A DNA stretch of 63,479 nt from Octopus bimaculoides (GCF_001194135.2 NC_068981.1:66450404-66513882); one strand, 5' to 3'. Shown: positions 26,426 to 40,075, numbered from the stretch's first letter. The notes: generated by a model from the sequence alone, not told the origin. Numbers and translations are program-made.

Positions 26426-27522
26426 TCCTGATAAGTAAGCATACGGAAGTATGCAATAGGCACAGTCAGAGGATTAGAACTCATAATCTATAACAAAAAT
26501 TGCACAACCTAACTTAACCACTCAGCCTTTTTACTTCCAGCTACAAAATCCACTCGACTGCTTCACTGATTTACTTCCTTCCTTTCCTATCAAAACACGC
26601 TGTACAGCAACATTAAATTCAGAAAGTGTAGGAAACATTGATTCTCAACCTAATCTCAATAAGGTGGTAGAATTGGAGAGAAATTAATAAAACGCGTCTT
26701 TAAAACCATGCCTGCTATTCATTGTTGAATTAATAGCTATGAAAACAGCTTTAAGGAAATGCCATTTCCCATAACACCAGACACAAAATGGTCTCCACCA
26801 ACACTACAGAAATTTTAATTTTTGAATGTTTTGAATTTCCTAAGTACCAGAATAGCTACTGACTAATGAAGTTCACATGAGAAAATGAATTGTTATATCT
26901 AAATTGACAGTTTGTTTACAACAACATATTTCCATAGAAGCAATTTACACCCATTCTGTATCATGGGTAGAAATAGACCATAGCACACTTTACCTGATAA
27001 GCTCAGCTCTAACCAGTTTATACAAGTTTGCTAAGCCAACAATGTATATACTTAAGGTTTCTTCCAAGTTAGACCCAACAATCATCATGACTACAACAAA
27101 ATAAAATTTCATTACCTAATTCACACACACACACACACACACACACTATTGCATATTCAACACCTGCCAAGTCTTCATACACGACACGTTTTCTTTCTCT
27201 TTTTCCGACTCTTCTTCAGTTCAGCCACTGAGCTATTAGTACAATTTATCTTTAAGAGGGTGAAAAAATTTGAGTTAATATTCACAAGCATTTCTTGATG
27301 TTTGAGCTAAAAATTAATTCTACATTCTGCAATTCACCTAACCATATGGAATAGATACCAAGGGCTTTTCAGGATAAAAATTACCAATACTATACTAGAT
27401 CAGCTTCTTATGCAGGTGCGCTTCGAAATACAAGTGACAGAACTTTCAGTTGAAACACCGACTTTTTTTTAGAAGTTGTTTTAAGATACATACACCAAGT
27501 AGAGAAGTTAAGATTGCCAAAC

Positions 27523-27589
<67 letters not shown>

Positions 27590-27664
27590 TAGAGAGAGAG
27601 AGAAACAGATATATATATATATGAAGATAGAAAGAGAAAGATGCAGATATATATACACACAGAT

Positions 27665-28830
27665 AAGAACCATTGCACCGGGTTGGACGATTTGATTGAG
27701 GACTGGCAAGCCAGAAGGCTGCAGCAGGCTCCATCATCCAAGCGGACACATTTCTCTCCTACGACATCACAATTCTCTCTCACACACTGTCTTGCAACAC
27801 GAAATACCTCAAGTCTTTGGTCCTCATGTCGCAGAACATTTGCAAATTTTTTCTTATCTGCTTCCCCTCTGGCTATGTAAACCTGTCTCCTAGCTTCCCT
27901 TATGACAGTCTGATACAATTCCCTGCTACCTCCGTTCTTCCAGTCCTCCCAAGCCTGTTTCTTTTATCTAACAGCCCTGTCAACCACATTGTTCCACCAC
28001 CATGTTACTTTGGGTCGAGAGGGGACTTTGCACCAGCCACAGATCTGGTTAGTGGCTCTCAGCAGGTTGTCCCGTAGAAACCTCCAATTATCTTCCATGT
28101 TGTGTGATGCTATATCTCCTATTTCGTCAAATGCTTCGAGTAAGACATTTTAAAATCTCTGTCCATTTGCAGGATCTTTAAGCTTCCAGAACCCTTCTCC
28201 TCCAAGCTAGTCAACTTCTGGGCATCCATTTAGCCCTTGATCCCAAAGTCGCTAACTACTAATCTGTGTTGAGGGGTACATTCTTCACCTGGGAAGGTTT
28301 TGGCATTTATAAGCAGTCCTTTTTCCCTATTTCTGGCGAGGATGTAGTTGATTTGGCTAGTGTGTCTGCCAAAACGGTAGGTGACTAGGTGACAGGCAGG
28401 TTTCCTGAAGTTGGTATTGCAAACCATAAGATCGTTTGCATCACAGAACTCCAGCAGTCTGGTTCCCTCCTCATTGTGGGAACCGAAGCCATAGCCTCCA
28501 TGTACGCCATGGAAGCCCCCTGCATCTTGTCCAACATGACCATTGAAATCACCAGCCACAAAGAGAAGGTCCCTGTCATTTGTCAATGAGGTAGTTTGCA
28601 ACAGGGTGTCATAGTATTGGTCTTTTTGTCCATCAGGTAGACCCGGTTGAGGGGCATAGGCCGAGATGACAGTAGCTGACCTATGGTAAAGCACTAGTCT
28701 AATCTTAAGTACTCTGTCACATACTCCGACTACCTCGATTACCTTATCAACCCATTTCTCTGCAAGAAGTATTCCCATGCCCCCGACCCCGTCAGTGTTC
28801 CCTGCCCAGAAAATCTTGTACCTATGTAAA
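27665..28830 (-). mobile_element. Internally deleted RTE LINE: APE endonuclease and linker joined directly to the 3' UTR end
   Basis: ORF 28230-28841: GGMGILL...VISAYAPQ...LFVAGDFNGHVG...SQINYIL...PQHRLVV (APE motifs). Then linker YQTVIREARRQVY...DVVGEKCVRLDDG, then an abrupt switch near 27730 to the 3' UTR sequence gagcctgctgcagcc...cgtccaaccc. Confidence 0.88.
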
Positions 28831-29099
28831 TATAGGTACAAAATGTAAATATAATAATAATAAATTTACATCTGCAGGTCCGTCCACTTAGATTACTTGG
28901 TACTTCTTTATCTGACTGCCATCTTCCATTTACATCACATGCCTGTACCAATTCATGCTTCTGGAACGTTCTTCTAATTAGGCCACCTATCAGAAGATAA
29001 CTACTTCTAAGAAACCCACAAAGCAGTTGATAATTTATTTCATGGGCACTCTTGCTGCTAACTACTTCTGTACAAACATTTGACAGTCTTTGTTCTCTG

Positions 29100-30010
29100 C
29101 TTCTGATCCTACTATATCTTTGGAGTTGGGTAAAGCCTTTTTATGTATATTGAAGCAGGTCCTTAAGTGAAGTCCTGTTTTTTATTCCTGCTAAAAGAAT
29201 ATTTCTGTCATTGTTAGGTTTACTTTACAACCTCTTAATTCTAGACTTTGCTTCCATGCAATTTCTTCACTAATTCTTTGACAGATTCAGCTATGAGAAC
29301 TAGGTCATTGGAATATAAAACTGTCATGAGCAGCTAGTCTTAAACTTCTCTCCTATATCCTGTAGAACCACTATCTGATGGATGCTAACCAACATACAAA
29401 ATTATTCACTGAACTCATCTGTACATAGCTCACACAGCATTCACCAACACTTAGTTTTGTTAATGACCACTAGACTACAGAGTGTGATGTCCTGTCAAAG
29501 ATCTTTTCCAAATCAATGAATGCTAGACAGAATGGTTTACTCTTTGAGAAATTTTCCTGTAGTTGTCTCACTGGGAAGAAGAGGGTATCTGAACACAAAT
29601 CCAATCTGCATCTCATTTAACTTTGTGTTTTGCCTACTTTCTATTACTTTTGCAATTTGGTCCATCAGTTTGAGGCATCTGTTGTTGCCACTCTCAAGTG
29701 ATTCTCCTTTGCTCTTGTAGCAGTAGGTGATAATACTGCCATGGCAGTGTCTTGGAATGAGCTGTTCCTGCACTAGCTGACTGACTAAGTGACCTGTGCA
29801 TGTCCTACATAGCAGGATATTTTCAGAATCTCAACAATTATCCATGATAGCCCAGCTACTTCTTCGACCTTCACATTCTTAATAACAAACTCAACCTGGG
29901 CCTCTTTGGATTAGTCCCTCCCTCTCCCAAATATTTTCTCTCCTCACTCAGCAACTTCTCATAATAGCATTTCCATGCCACTCTCTTTCCAGCTTAAGTG
30001 TGGGGGGGGG
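29100..30010 (-). mobile_element. Highly decayed RTE reverse-transcriptase remnant
   Basis: IPRHCHGSIITYCYKSKGESLESGNNRCLKLMDQIAKVIE...LNEMQIGFV aligns by eye with IPNDWRSSTIVNCYKGKGDALDRNNYRSIKLLDQVMKVTE...LDEMQFGFV. Many stops. Confidence 0.75.
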
Positions 30011-31224
30011 GGGCATATCTGCTGCTATCATTACATTCCTCTTCAACAAAATTCTGATTCATACTCATACACTGCTTTGCAATCCAGAACTCATGCCTCT
30101 GATCTTCATTAGCCAATCTCTTACTTTCTTCTTCTCTCCTTACTAAATATATCTGACATCTAGCTACCTGATATTGTTCTTTACCCCTGCTCCTTTCCTA
30201 CATTTTTTCCAGGCCGGTTGTTTCATTATTAATGGCTTTATATACTGCCACACCATTAGTTTTACAAATTCATGCATACAGTAGTTGCTAGATGTTATTC
30301 TCACACACTTGCAAGTTTAAAATGACTGTATGAAGTTTGGGATTCTATTATCTAAATTTGATATAAATGTCAATTCATATTACAGGAAAAACAGCTTACA
30401 TTGTATATTTTAACTTCAATTTATTATTTCTGAAAAAATAATTTCAACAAAAAATTTATATTTCAAATTTCAATACTTAAGAAAATACATACAAAAATCG
30501 CATAAAAAGGTATAAAAAAATATATAAACCTATTTCTTGAACAAGATAATTATGAACAAAAACTAATCTTTCAGCAAGTATAATGAAGTCTTTATATCCT
30601 TCACTGAAGTAATGAAATAATACTGAAACATGTCCAGATTTGTCTCCACTAACTTGACTATTGTTTTTGATGCAGAAAACATTGAGTTATTATTCACTGA
30701 TTTTTAGCTCTTTTAAAACTATATCTAAGAAGTTAGGTAATTCTGCTATCAAAATTCTAAACCCTCTCTTCTGCCACATACTTCTAATGTTTTTCTCAGA
30801 AAATAAAGGGCTTCATATGCATGCCTTTAGTTACAAGTATTCACACTTTTGCATGTTCAATTTGTCATCACATTACTTTTTTTTCCATATAAAGATTACA
30901 TACAACTGCCTAAATATGTCATTATCAATGTGAATCAAGTAGGCTTCCATATCTTAAGTCCATGTTTAACATTCAGAAAACTTCCCTCGTAGTGGTTTGT
31001 GTGCAAATTCAAATCATCCACAGGCTTTTTCACATTACAAACCATATCTTTGTGCACATGCACACATAAGCATGCATATACATATATGTGTGTCTGCATG
31101 TGTATACACATACACACACACAATATATTTATCATATCAAAAGTTAGCTGTCAACTGAGTTGGATGACATTAAGTTCTATATAAGATAATGTATGCACTA
31201 TGTAAAAATATAGTTTAATACATT

Positions 31225-31500
31225 TTGAGGCTTCTTTCAGTTTCCATCCACTAAATTCACTCACAAGGCTTTGGTTGACCTGGAACTAAAGTAGAGAAAA
31301 CATTTGCCCAAGGTACCACACAAAGGATTGAACTCAAAACCAGTCTTCTTAACCACATAACTGTGTGAGTGTGTGTGAGAGAGAGAAAGAGAGAGGCATC
31401 CATACATATTCTTATCCACATTGCATTAATTAACTTGAAGGTACAGTAGAAGACACCCTTGGTAATAATGCAGAGGGCTGAACCCAAGACCACATGGTTA
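31225..31500 (-). mobile_element. SINE head fragments
   Basis: Reverse complement of the tRNA-head region through gaaactgaaagaagcc. Confidence 0.6.
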
Positions 31501-31530
31501 CAAAATATCTTGTGTGTGTGTGTGTGTATG

Positions 31531-31750
31531 TATGAAGGGGTGCTGAAAAGTTCCTGGCTTTGGATAAGAGAAAATACAAGAGGATCAGTTAATTAGGATT
31601 TTATTCAACATATTCCCCTCTCAGATTCACACACTTATTGCAGTGGTCCTTCAGTTTTTCTAAGCCCTGTAAAAGAACACAGAAGGTTGGGCCTCCAACC
31701 AAGTCTTTTGTGTTACCCTTAAAGCCAGGAACTTTTCAGCACTACCTCAT
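31531..31750. mobile_element. Mariner-type MITE with ~30-bp TIRs
   Basis: tatgaaggggtgctgaaaagttcctggcttt ... aaagccaggaacttttcagcactacctcat; TA-started, TACGAGGG-like mariner ends. Confidence 0.75.
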
Positions 31751-32017
31751 GGGTGTGTGTGCAGGTGCCAAGTGATAAAATATTAAAAATGAAAACCAAT
31801 TATTTCATTTAAATATTAAAAAAAACAATATATAATCAGCAAATTTTCTGAGTAATAAAAAGGTAGAAAAAGTATGCTACCAGGCGATAAAAACTTGACT
31901 TCTACAACACTCAGATCTATTGTGTATGAGATAGGAGGCAAAAGTTAATTACTATCCACAGTATAAAAGAAAATTGCAGATGAGACAAAAAAAATTTGTG
32001 TGTGTGTGTATATATGC

Positions 32018-32061
<44 letters not shown>

Positions 32062-34805
32062 CTTCACTCAGTTCTCTTACATACACACAAATATATTTTC
32101 ACCATATTAACTAGTAGCTTAAGAACATAAAATTCATTAAAATGTAATTGTCAAATCATTAACCATGAAATTAATATTTTTTTTTTCTTTTAGCAAGCAT
32201 ACAATGAAGCAACTGATCACCTAAGCAGGTGGTCTTGCAGAAATATTCATAAATATTCATACTATCCTCTCTATGCAGAACACCAATTAGCGTTCCATTC
32301 TTGCCATATTTACTTTCATTTTCTTCTTAAAGCATCTTTTTAATTCCACATCATAGACTATAGATACTGTAGGGCTCTGAACAAAATACTTTGTAGAGTA
32401 TTTATTCATGACCTTGTATTTCCTGAGTTCAAATTCTTTGATTAGAATTGCAAAATAGATTCTTCAAGCTGAGCCAACCAACTAGAGACCTAGGGGTAAA
32501 CCAAGAACAAGATGGTTGGATAATATCCATAGTCACAGTTGGTCATGCTTTAGATTGATTCTAGTTTGAAAGCATAATGACACTTGCTTCTGATAGGATT
32601 CTACCCACAACAACCCTCTCAGGAATAATGAGTGACAAAGATAGCTAGATGGATGGAAATTCCACTAAGGTTAGACGTAGCTCTTTGAAGTTGAGAAAAT
32701 AATTACCAGTAACACTAGGTTCAATTCCATTACTTTATATATCTCCCCTACAATTTGTGTCCATCTGCTATTGTGTGAAGTGTTATATCAAATTTCCCCA
32801 CATTAGAAAGAAAGGTTTATTTTATACATTTGCAGATTTCAATGCTCCTATATAGTATTGGATGCTTCCATCAGTTTATAAGATTTTAGATTTCAAACTA
32901 AAAACCCCATCTCCAAAGACAAAAATATTTTCTAATATCTTAAATTTACACTGATTCAATCAGTTTGATGTCCAATCATCAAGATTCTTATTTCCAAATG
33001 TGTATGTAAAATTAGACTGGATTTGAAAAAAGAATTTTTATTTCTAAATTAAGGGTAGTAATTCTTTCTAATTTTTGGCACATCAACCCCAGTACTAGAC
33101 AAGTACTTCACTTTCTTGTCTCTGAAAGTATAAAAGGCAAAGCTGACCTCAGCTGAATCTAAACTGAGAACGCTAGGAACCAGGAGAAATGTCACCAAGC
33201 ATTTTGTCCAGTACATGCTAACAAGGGTCATAATAAAACTCTTTTCCACAGGACCAAAGATGTAGTCTCTGATGACCTGACATACCAATGGATAAATCGA
33301 AGTAGCGGAAATGGTGCAAATTAAGAACTAGTGACAACACACTCTACAACTTTTAATGTTTCTATGTTAAAATCTCACAGGCACTATCAATAAGTGATCA
33401 ATAAAAAAAAAGTAGCAGTAAGATACTAAAATCAATTTAATCAATTAGATAACATTCTCTTACAAGAACAAAAAAAATTTTATGTAGAAACAATGCAATC
33501 ATCAACAATTTGCTTTGGTTATTTCACCAAACATATGTTTCCCAAAAAATAGGTTTTTTTTTTTTTGTTTCTCCCAATCACTTCAAAATCTTTCAAACAA
33601 CTACTATTAATGTATGAGTAGCTAAAACAAGTTTCATTTCAACAAGAATTACCAATGGCAACTGAAGTTTGACAGTTCTTAGAATCACCAATATTGAACT
33701 GTCCTCTTAGCATGTGTAATGATGTTATGCAGCTCTAGCTAACCCTGCTTAAACAGGTCTATAGCACAGGGTCAGTCAATTGAATATTCGTGTTCTTATA
33801 TCCAAGCATTTCAAAAATTTAAATGTTTTTGCTCAGACTTTCCAGTGTCTTAAATCAACCATCTGCAGAGTTATAACCAGAACAATCAAGCCAATCTCAT
33901 AATTAGTAATGTGAAACAGGACAAAATTTGGATCACAGGTGACACGTAGAGATAACACTAAGTGCTCCAACATGGTCTTAGCTATCACATTAAAAATGTG
34001 ATTTAAAAAAGAATAAAACAAACAGAATAGACACAATTATTCTGTTGTCTTTAGTTGAAATAAGGCTAACTGATATTAATCTTATTTCCTGTTTTAGACA
34101 GCTGAAACCTGGTGCATTCATTGTTATTTAACATCTGTTTTCCATGCAGCATAGAAATTTGCATAAATCATCCAGCCTATCCTTACAATAATAAGACTAT
34201 GAAAATTCTTGGAGGTGTATGGTGGGGATGGGTGAATTGGTTGAATCAAAGACAATGTGAGAATGTCTTTTTTTTATCATGAGCCAAGCCCACAATAATA
34301 GTACAATACATCAGTTGCTCTCATTTCCAGTCCTGACATATATCTTTTTCTAATAAGTGGAGCAGAACTGCAAGGGTTTGAGCATAAAGCATAATGTCAA
34401 TAAGATAGAAGCTATTGAAGCCAGTAGTACAGCATTCTGTCTATATGATCGGTTACAACACTAGAGAAGAGACTAGCCATGACTGTAGAATATCATACTA
34501 TCTGTTTTACAGTCTGTTGTTAATCAGCTAAGAAATTCTCTTGACAGGAAATAAGGCAAGAACAGTAGTGAGACCTGTTTACAAGACAGATAATAACTGC
34601 TTGACAATTAGAGATTTTAAACAGTTTATATCAGACTTGCCTTCCTAGACAAGAGGAAGTGAACTGAATGGGTGTGATTAGGACAGTAAAGACTATTAAT
34701 CCTAATTGTGCCCAGCAAAGGTAACAGATGTCCAAAAACTGGATGCTTTACTATATTTCATTTGATACCTCAAAGTTCTGATTTCAAATCCCACTGGTAT
34801 CCTTG

Positions 34806-34836
<31 letters not shown>

Positions 34837-35429
34837 CCAATAATTTACCAGGTTCAACTGAATGAAGTATATGGCTCCTCTTTAAATTTGGCCTTGTGTT
34901 TGGATATGACTGATGATTTGTTTTAACCAAACAGAAAAGGTATTACATTACTCTATCAATAGCTTAGAGGGGTGCTACTGGATAAAAAGTGTGTAGGAAA
35001 CAAGCAAGATTAAGGTAATAAATAACATTAACATTTGATAACTCGTTATTGATTATAAGCCAGAGATTGAAGGCTTGCTTTTCAGATAGGTGTCTTCCAA
35101 TTTTTTTTACTCACTGCTTTGTGCTTTTATAATTTATCCAAACTATGCAACAGGTTAACTTTTCAAAAACAGATCTAAAATTATGTCTAGCAAACAGATC
35201 ACAGAATATACATTTGCAGACTTGAATAGGCTAGCAATGACAATGACATCTAGTAAGACCAAGATATGTCTGTAGCTGCCACCTTGCCTGAAAACAAAAT
35301 TCAGATTTTCCCTAAACACGAAAATTCTGCAAAATAATCCAAGAGTTGCTGGCAATTATCGCAAGGTTTTTATTTTCTCCAGCTAAGAGCAAAATTTCAT
35401 GTAAGAAATTTTTGTGTACACCATTCAAT

Positions 35430-36125
35430 TAGTACATCATCATATAACATCCACTTTTCCATGTTTGCATGGGTCAAACAGAACTTCTTGAGGCAGAAAT
35501 TCTGGATGCCAACCCCCACCTTTTTCCAAAGAAGGTAACATTTCCTGTGGCCAAACATATTTTTCACATAAGACTGGAGATGAACAACATCACTGGTGTG
35601 ATGGTGATACTCATTTACACCTATCACATGATGTCAAGACAATGGTACACCCATATATATATATATNNNNNNNNNNNNNNNNNNNNNNNNNNNNNNNNNN
35701 NNNNNNNNNNNNNNNNNNNNNNNNNNNNNNNNNNNNNNNNNNNNNNNNNNNNNNNNNNNNNNNNNNNNNNNNNNNNNNNNNNNNNNNNNNNNNNNNNNNN
35801 NNNNNNNNNNNNNNNNNNNNNNNNNNNNNNNNNNNNNNNNNNNNNNNNNNNNNNNNNNNNNNNNNNNNNNNNNNNNNNNNNNNNNNNNNNNNNNNNNNNN
35901 NNNNNNNNNNNNNNAGCGGACGTTAAACGATGATGATGATGATGATGATGATATACACACACAATGGACTTCTATCAGTTTCCATCTACCAAATTTCATT
36001 CACAAGGCTTTAGTCAACCCAGGACTATAACAGAAAACACTTGCCCAAGGTACCATGTAGTGGGACTAAAACAAAGACCACATGGTTTGGTAGCAAACTT
36101 TTTAGCCACACAGCCATACCTGCAC
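35430..36125 (-). mobile_element. SINE family B with a young RTE tail (plus strand, 35915-35951) inside the hinge; N gap 35667-35914
   Basis: Family B body at 35430-35650, head at 35955-36125, and agcggacgttaaacgatgatgat immediately after the gap. Confidence 0.6.
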
Positions 36126-36460
36126 CTATTTGCTTATTTACCAAAATTAATGCCACTGATCCACCTAAGTTATTTATTTCTTCATTCTATTCTGTTAACT
36201 GTACATTACTACATATATTCATAGCCAATTCAGTTAAAGAGGAACCATTTGAAAACTGTCTTTATGCAATATTCCTAAGAGAAACCAGCTTAGTGGAACC
36301 CATTCCTTTTTAAGCCAAACTGAGGGTCTTAGAGTCAGCCATCTGACACCCTATGAATTCAGCTAGATATGATTACATCTCCAAGTTTATACAAAAGAAA
36401 ATAACTACATACTCAAGTGCCAGTGTAGAAGCATCTACAGTCACTCAACAAGCCAGAAAA

Positions 36461-36705
36461 ATTATTTACATTATTTATATTTGACGGATATTTGTCCTCA
36501 TCTTGATTGTTGTTAACACAACGTTTCGGCGGATATACCCTCCAACCTTCATCAGGTGTCTTGGGGAAATTTCAAACCAGGGTTCTCATTCCCCCAAGAT
36601 AGCTGATGAAGGCTGGAAGGTATATCAGCTGAAACGTTGTGTTAACAACAAACAAGATGAGGACAAATATCTGTCAAATGTAAATAATGCACATAATTCC
36701 TCATC
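36461..36705. mobile_element. Inverted pair of Penelope-like terminal repeats, each carrying a minimal hammerhead motif
   Basis: Arms about 36461-36566 and 36592-36705 are reverse complements. Plus strand: CTGATGA(36603-36609) aggctg..cagct GAAA(36631-36634) CG TT GTGTT. The minus strand of the left arm has the same core. Confidence 0.7.
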
Positions 36706-36899
36706 TCTTAAATATAGAACTGTATGCCAGAAAAAATAACTAAACCTTCTTCAAATTAAATATTACTATCTCAGGAAAGGACACAGCATGATGTTTGGTG
36801 CATTATGTCTAGGAAAAAGAGATGATCACAGCTAGAATGCCTTTGGTTAGGGCTCATTTGTGGCTAAGTAACATTACACAGAAGCAAGTTTAATAACAT

Positions 36900-37215
36900 A
36901 TCATCATCATTCTTTAACAGTCATTTTCCATGCTGGCCTGGGTTGGACGGTTTGACCAGGGCTGGCAAGCTGGGGAGCTACACCAGGATCCAGTCTGATT
37001 TGGTCTGGTTTCTATGGTTGGATGGCCTGCCTAATGCCAACCACTTTACAATGTGTGTTGGGTGCCTTTAACATGGCGGCACAAGCGCTTTTATGTGGCA
37101 CCAGAACTAATGCTTTTTATGTGGCACTGGCACAGGACTCTTGCAAGCCAATCTTCTTCACCAGGCGATGCAGCTTAACAATTCTGCTGTGGAGGACTAG
37201 TCTTCTTGAGTAAGT
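36900..37215 (-). mobile_element. Older RTE 3' UTR copy
   Basis: catcatcattc...ttttccatgctggcctgggttggacgg... Confidence 0.7.
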
Positions 37216-38566
37216 AAGTAAATGAAAATATCCAATGTCAAATAGGAATAAAAACAGACAGACATTAGCTAAGTTGACAAGCATCCTAAGAAGGGCAGAT
37301 TAAGAAAACTGCAGGGAAAAAAAAATTAATTGTAATTGGTGGAATGTAAATATTACTCTAGAGAGAAATATATTTTAAATAACATTTTTTAAGTTGAAAT
37401 AAGAATGAAACAATTAAAAAAATGTTTTGTTTTAGTTTTAAGAAAATATAAGCCGTTCTGGCAACAAGCAGTGAGATGTCAAAAAAAATGTAAAATCTAT
37501 AAAGATTACAAGACTGGCTGCTTTGCTAACTGGTAAAACACTAGGAAATCATTTTCATTATGCAAGTAATGAAATATGTACTTTCAAGAAAAAAGTACAA
37601 AGACTGTTAAGAATGACCAAGTCCAAGTGAAAAACTGAACAACTCACTTTGTACGTTCAATACCTTATATTATTTCATTATTTCAGGAAAGAAAAGGACT
37701 CCAGGATTCATGCAAGAGAAGAAATGTGGTGGGACATGGATGGTTTTGCCAAGGGCAGAACAACGAATGACCAGACTCCACTGACTGGGAAATCTACTTT
37801 TTGCTGTTCAAGTCCCACCAATTATATTTAATCAGTCTCAATATATTTCTGATGTAGTCTTTCAACAACACATTGATGAAAGAAACAAGCCAACACTAAA
37901 GAGTGAAAACAGTGAAAGGCTAAACTAGTAAATATAGGGATTATCTTCTTACCAGTAACACCAGAGAGAAGAAATAAAACCAACCATGACATGCAACAGC
38001 AAACATATTTCACACAAACAAAACACAATTCCAAGAATTACATACAACACTGCAATATTCTCAGCAAGTGTAGAAGACATGGCAAAGAAAGACAACCACA
38101 AACATATGAGCATTCACAAGTGTCACTTTGGGCAACAGGGTAAAAAAAAAAGTGTACAAACAATCTATTGTATCTATCATAGATTTTGCCAGACCTACAT
38201 GAAATCCCAGTCTTTCTGCAAAAAATAAAAACTATGAAGAATGCAAAACAGCATCATCACTGATTGCATATACTGATACAAAGAACAGACAACAAAGCAT
38301 GAAAGACAGCCAGGGCGTATCTGCAACACCATCCTGAAAACCCTATCCTTCCCATTCAATCTGGACAAACATCCTGTTGGTCAAAAATAACACCTGTGGG
38401 TTCTCTAAGTCGTTTACTATATTATATTCTATGGGTTCTAAGACCTATATGCAAGAACAGCAATATCAATAACCACATAAACATCCAAAATTGTGCTGGG
38501 ATGCAAAGTACCAATGAGAAGTGCAGTAAAACAGTACTTGTCATACTCTAAGTTTACTTTACTCAC

Positions 38567-38590
38567 CTCCATAGCGACCACTATCGAAAG
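38567..38590 (-). CDS. Candidate 24-nt symmetric microexon in ARL5 orientation
   Basis: ttctttccactgtcttgtgtatctgcAG|CTTTCGATAGTGGTCGCTATGGAG|GTGAGT. Strong donor, pyrimidine tract, open in phase 1 (A-FDSGRYG-E), two CpGs in CpG-poor surroundings. Confidence 0.4.
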
Positions 38591-38629
38591 CTGCAGATAC
38601 ACAAGACAGTGGAAAGAATACTTGTTTAA

Positions 38630-38821
38630 CTCTTTAGCATTTAAAATGGCCATATCCAGCCCAAATATTCAACCTTGTTTTATGTTCAAACTACTTAGCC
38701 CCATACACTACAATGTCATTTTAAAAATAAACAATCACATCGTCAAAACCTTGAAGCTATAACAAAATGCATGATTAATTCAGAGCTTTACATTTGACAG
38801 AGTAATCTAAATGCTAAAGGT
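38630..38821. mobile_element. piggyBac-type MITE
   Basis: TTAA|ctctttagcatttaaa ... tctaaatgctaaaggt|TTAA. A partial inverted copy lies at about 44090-44172. Confidence 0.55.
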
Positions 38822-39191
38822 TTAAACTGCAGCACTGTAACCGTATTATTAACCACTGCATCAGAATGCACAATATAGTCCTCATCTAGACAGAGGTAAT
38901 GATATCTCTGAAACAATAGAGATGCAGTGGACCATGCCTTATTCACTGAACTACTTAGATGCATTTACTCTATTAGAAATGAGGCTACAAAACAATAAAA
39001 GACATGCAAACCAGTATCTTCTTGGCTATGTATGTCTTTCTGATTTTAACAGATCTGGAAATCAATTAATTTCTTTTGCTACAAAGTTTTGGCAAGAATC
39101 ATGTAAGAGAAAAGCTGCCGGAGTCAAGTTAGAAAACATAATGCCATTAAAATTTTCTTTTTTTTTAATAAATATGACATGACTAGATGTA

Positions 39192-39525
39192 GACATGGCT
39201 ATGTGGTTAATAAGCTTGCTTCGCAACCATATGGTTTTGGGTAAGTGTCTTCTACTACAACCCCGGGCCAACCAAAGCCTTGTGAGAGGATTTGATAGAC
39301 AGAAACTGAAAGAAGCCCTTCATATACATATATATCTGTTTGTGTGTTTGTCCCCCCACCAACACCTGACAACCAGTGTTAGTTTGTTTACATCCACAAA
39401 CCATTGTAATTTAACAAAAGAGACTGATAGAATAAGTACCAGACTTTAAAAAAATAAATACTGCAATTGATTCATTTGACAAAAACTCCTCAGTTGGTAT
39501 GCCAGCATGGTCACAATGTGAAAAG
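39192..39525 (+). mobile_element. tRNA-head SINE (family A), degenerate
   Basis: catggctatgtggttaataagcttgc head, hinge, 3' module. Confidence 0.7.
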
Positions 39526-39762
39526 ATAATTATTTCTATTCCTCAGTAAATCCAAGTAAGTCTCAAATATTTATAGCCATTGAAGCAATATTTATTTTAT
39601 CACAAGCATCAAAAGTTTTTCTGTTTGGACAAAAGACTGGCTATGTTTGTGAAATGATATCAACAGTTTTGATTAACACTGCTTAAAGAGATCACCAAGA
39701 CACTTCTGGCAAGTTTGCACATTAAAATCACAAACTCTTCTGCAATTTTGGATTACCTAGTA

Positions 39763-40075
39763 AGGTGGAGCAAAAAACAGAAGCTGTGGAAATTGAAAAT
39801 GCCTGAGGGCTAAATTGTTGCTATATTTGATTACTAGAAAAATGCTAAATTTTCGCTGAGATCAATCAGGGGTATTTACTCCCTCAAGACCCCTAAACTC
39901 CGAAAAAGGGAAATTTTTGTGCATTTTTTACAGTAGCAGAGTTTGGGGGTTTTGAGGGAATAAGTGCCCTTGACTGATCTAAGCGAAAATTTAGCATTTT
40001 TCTAGCAACATATATAGCAAGATTTTAGGCCTCTGGCATTTTCATTTCCACAATTTTTTTATTTTTACTCCACCC
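39763..40075. mobile_element. Palindromic MITE, copy 1 (long TIRs)
   Basis: ggtggag...gctaaattttcgctgagatc...gatctaagcgaaaatttagc...ctccaccc|ta; self-complementary over most of its length. Confidence 0.75.

Noticed and set aside
35160-35288. Good minus-strand acceptor (ttttgttttcAG|GCAAGG) with an open frame
   Set aside because: No convincing donor was found and the peptide is unrecognisable; the ARL5 phase-1 frame hits a stop.
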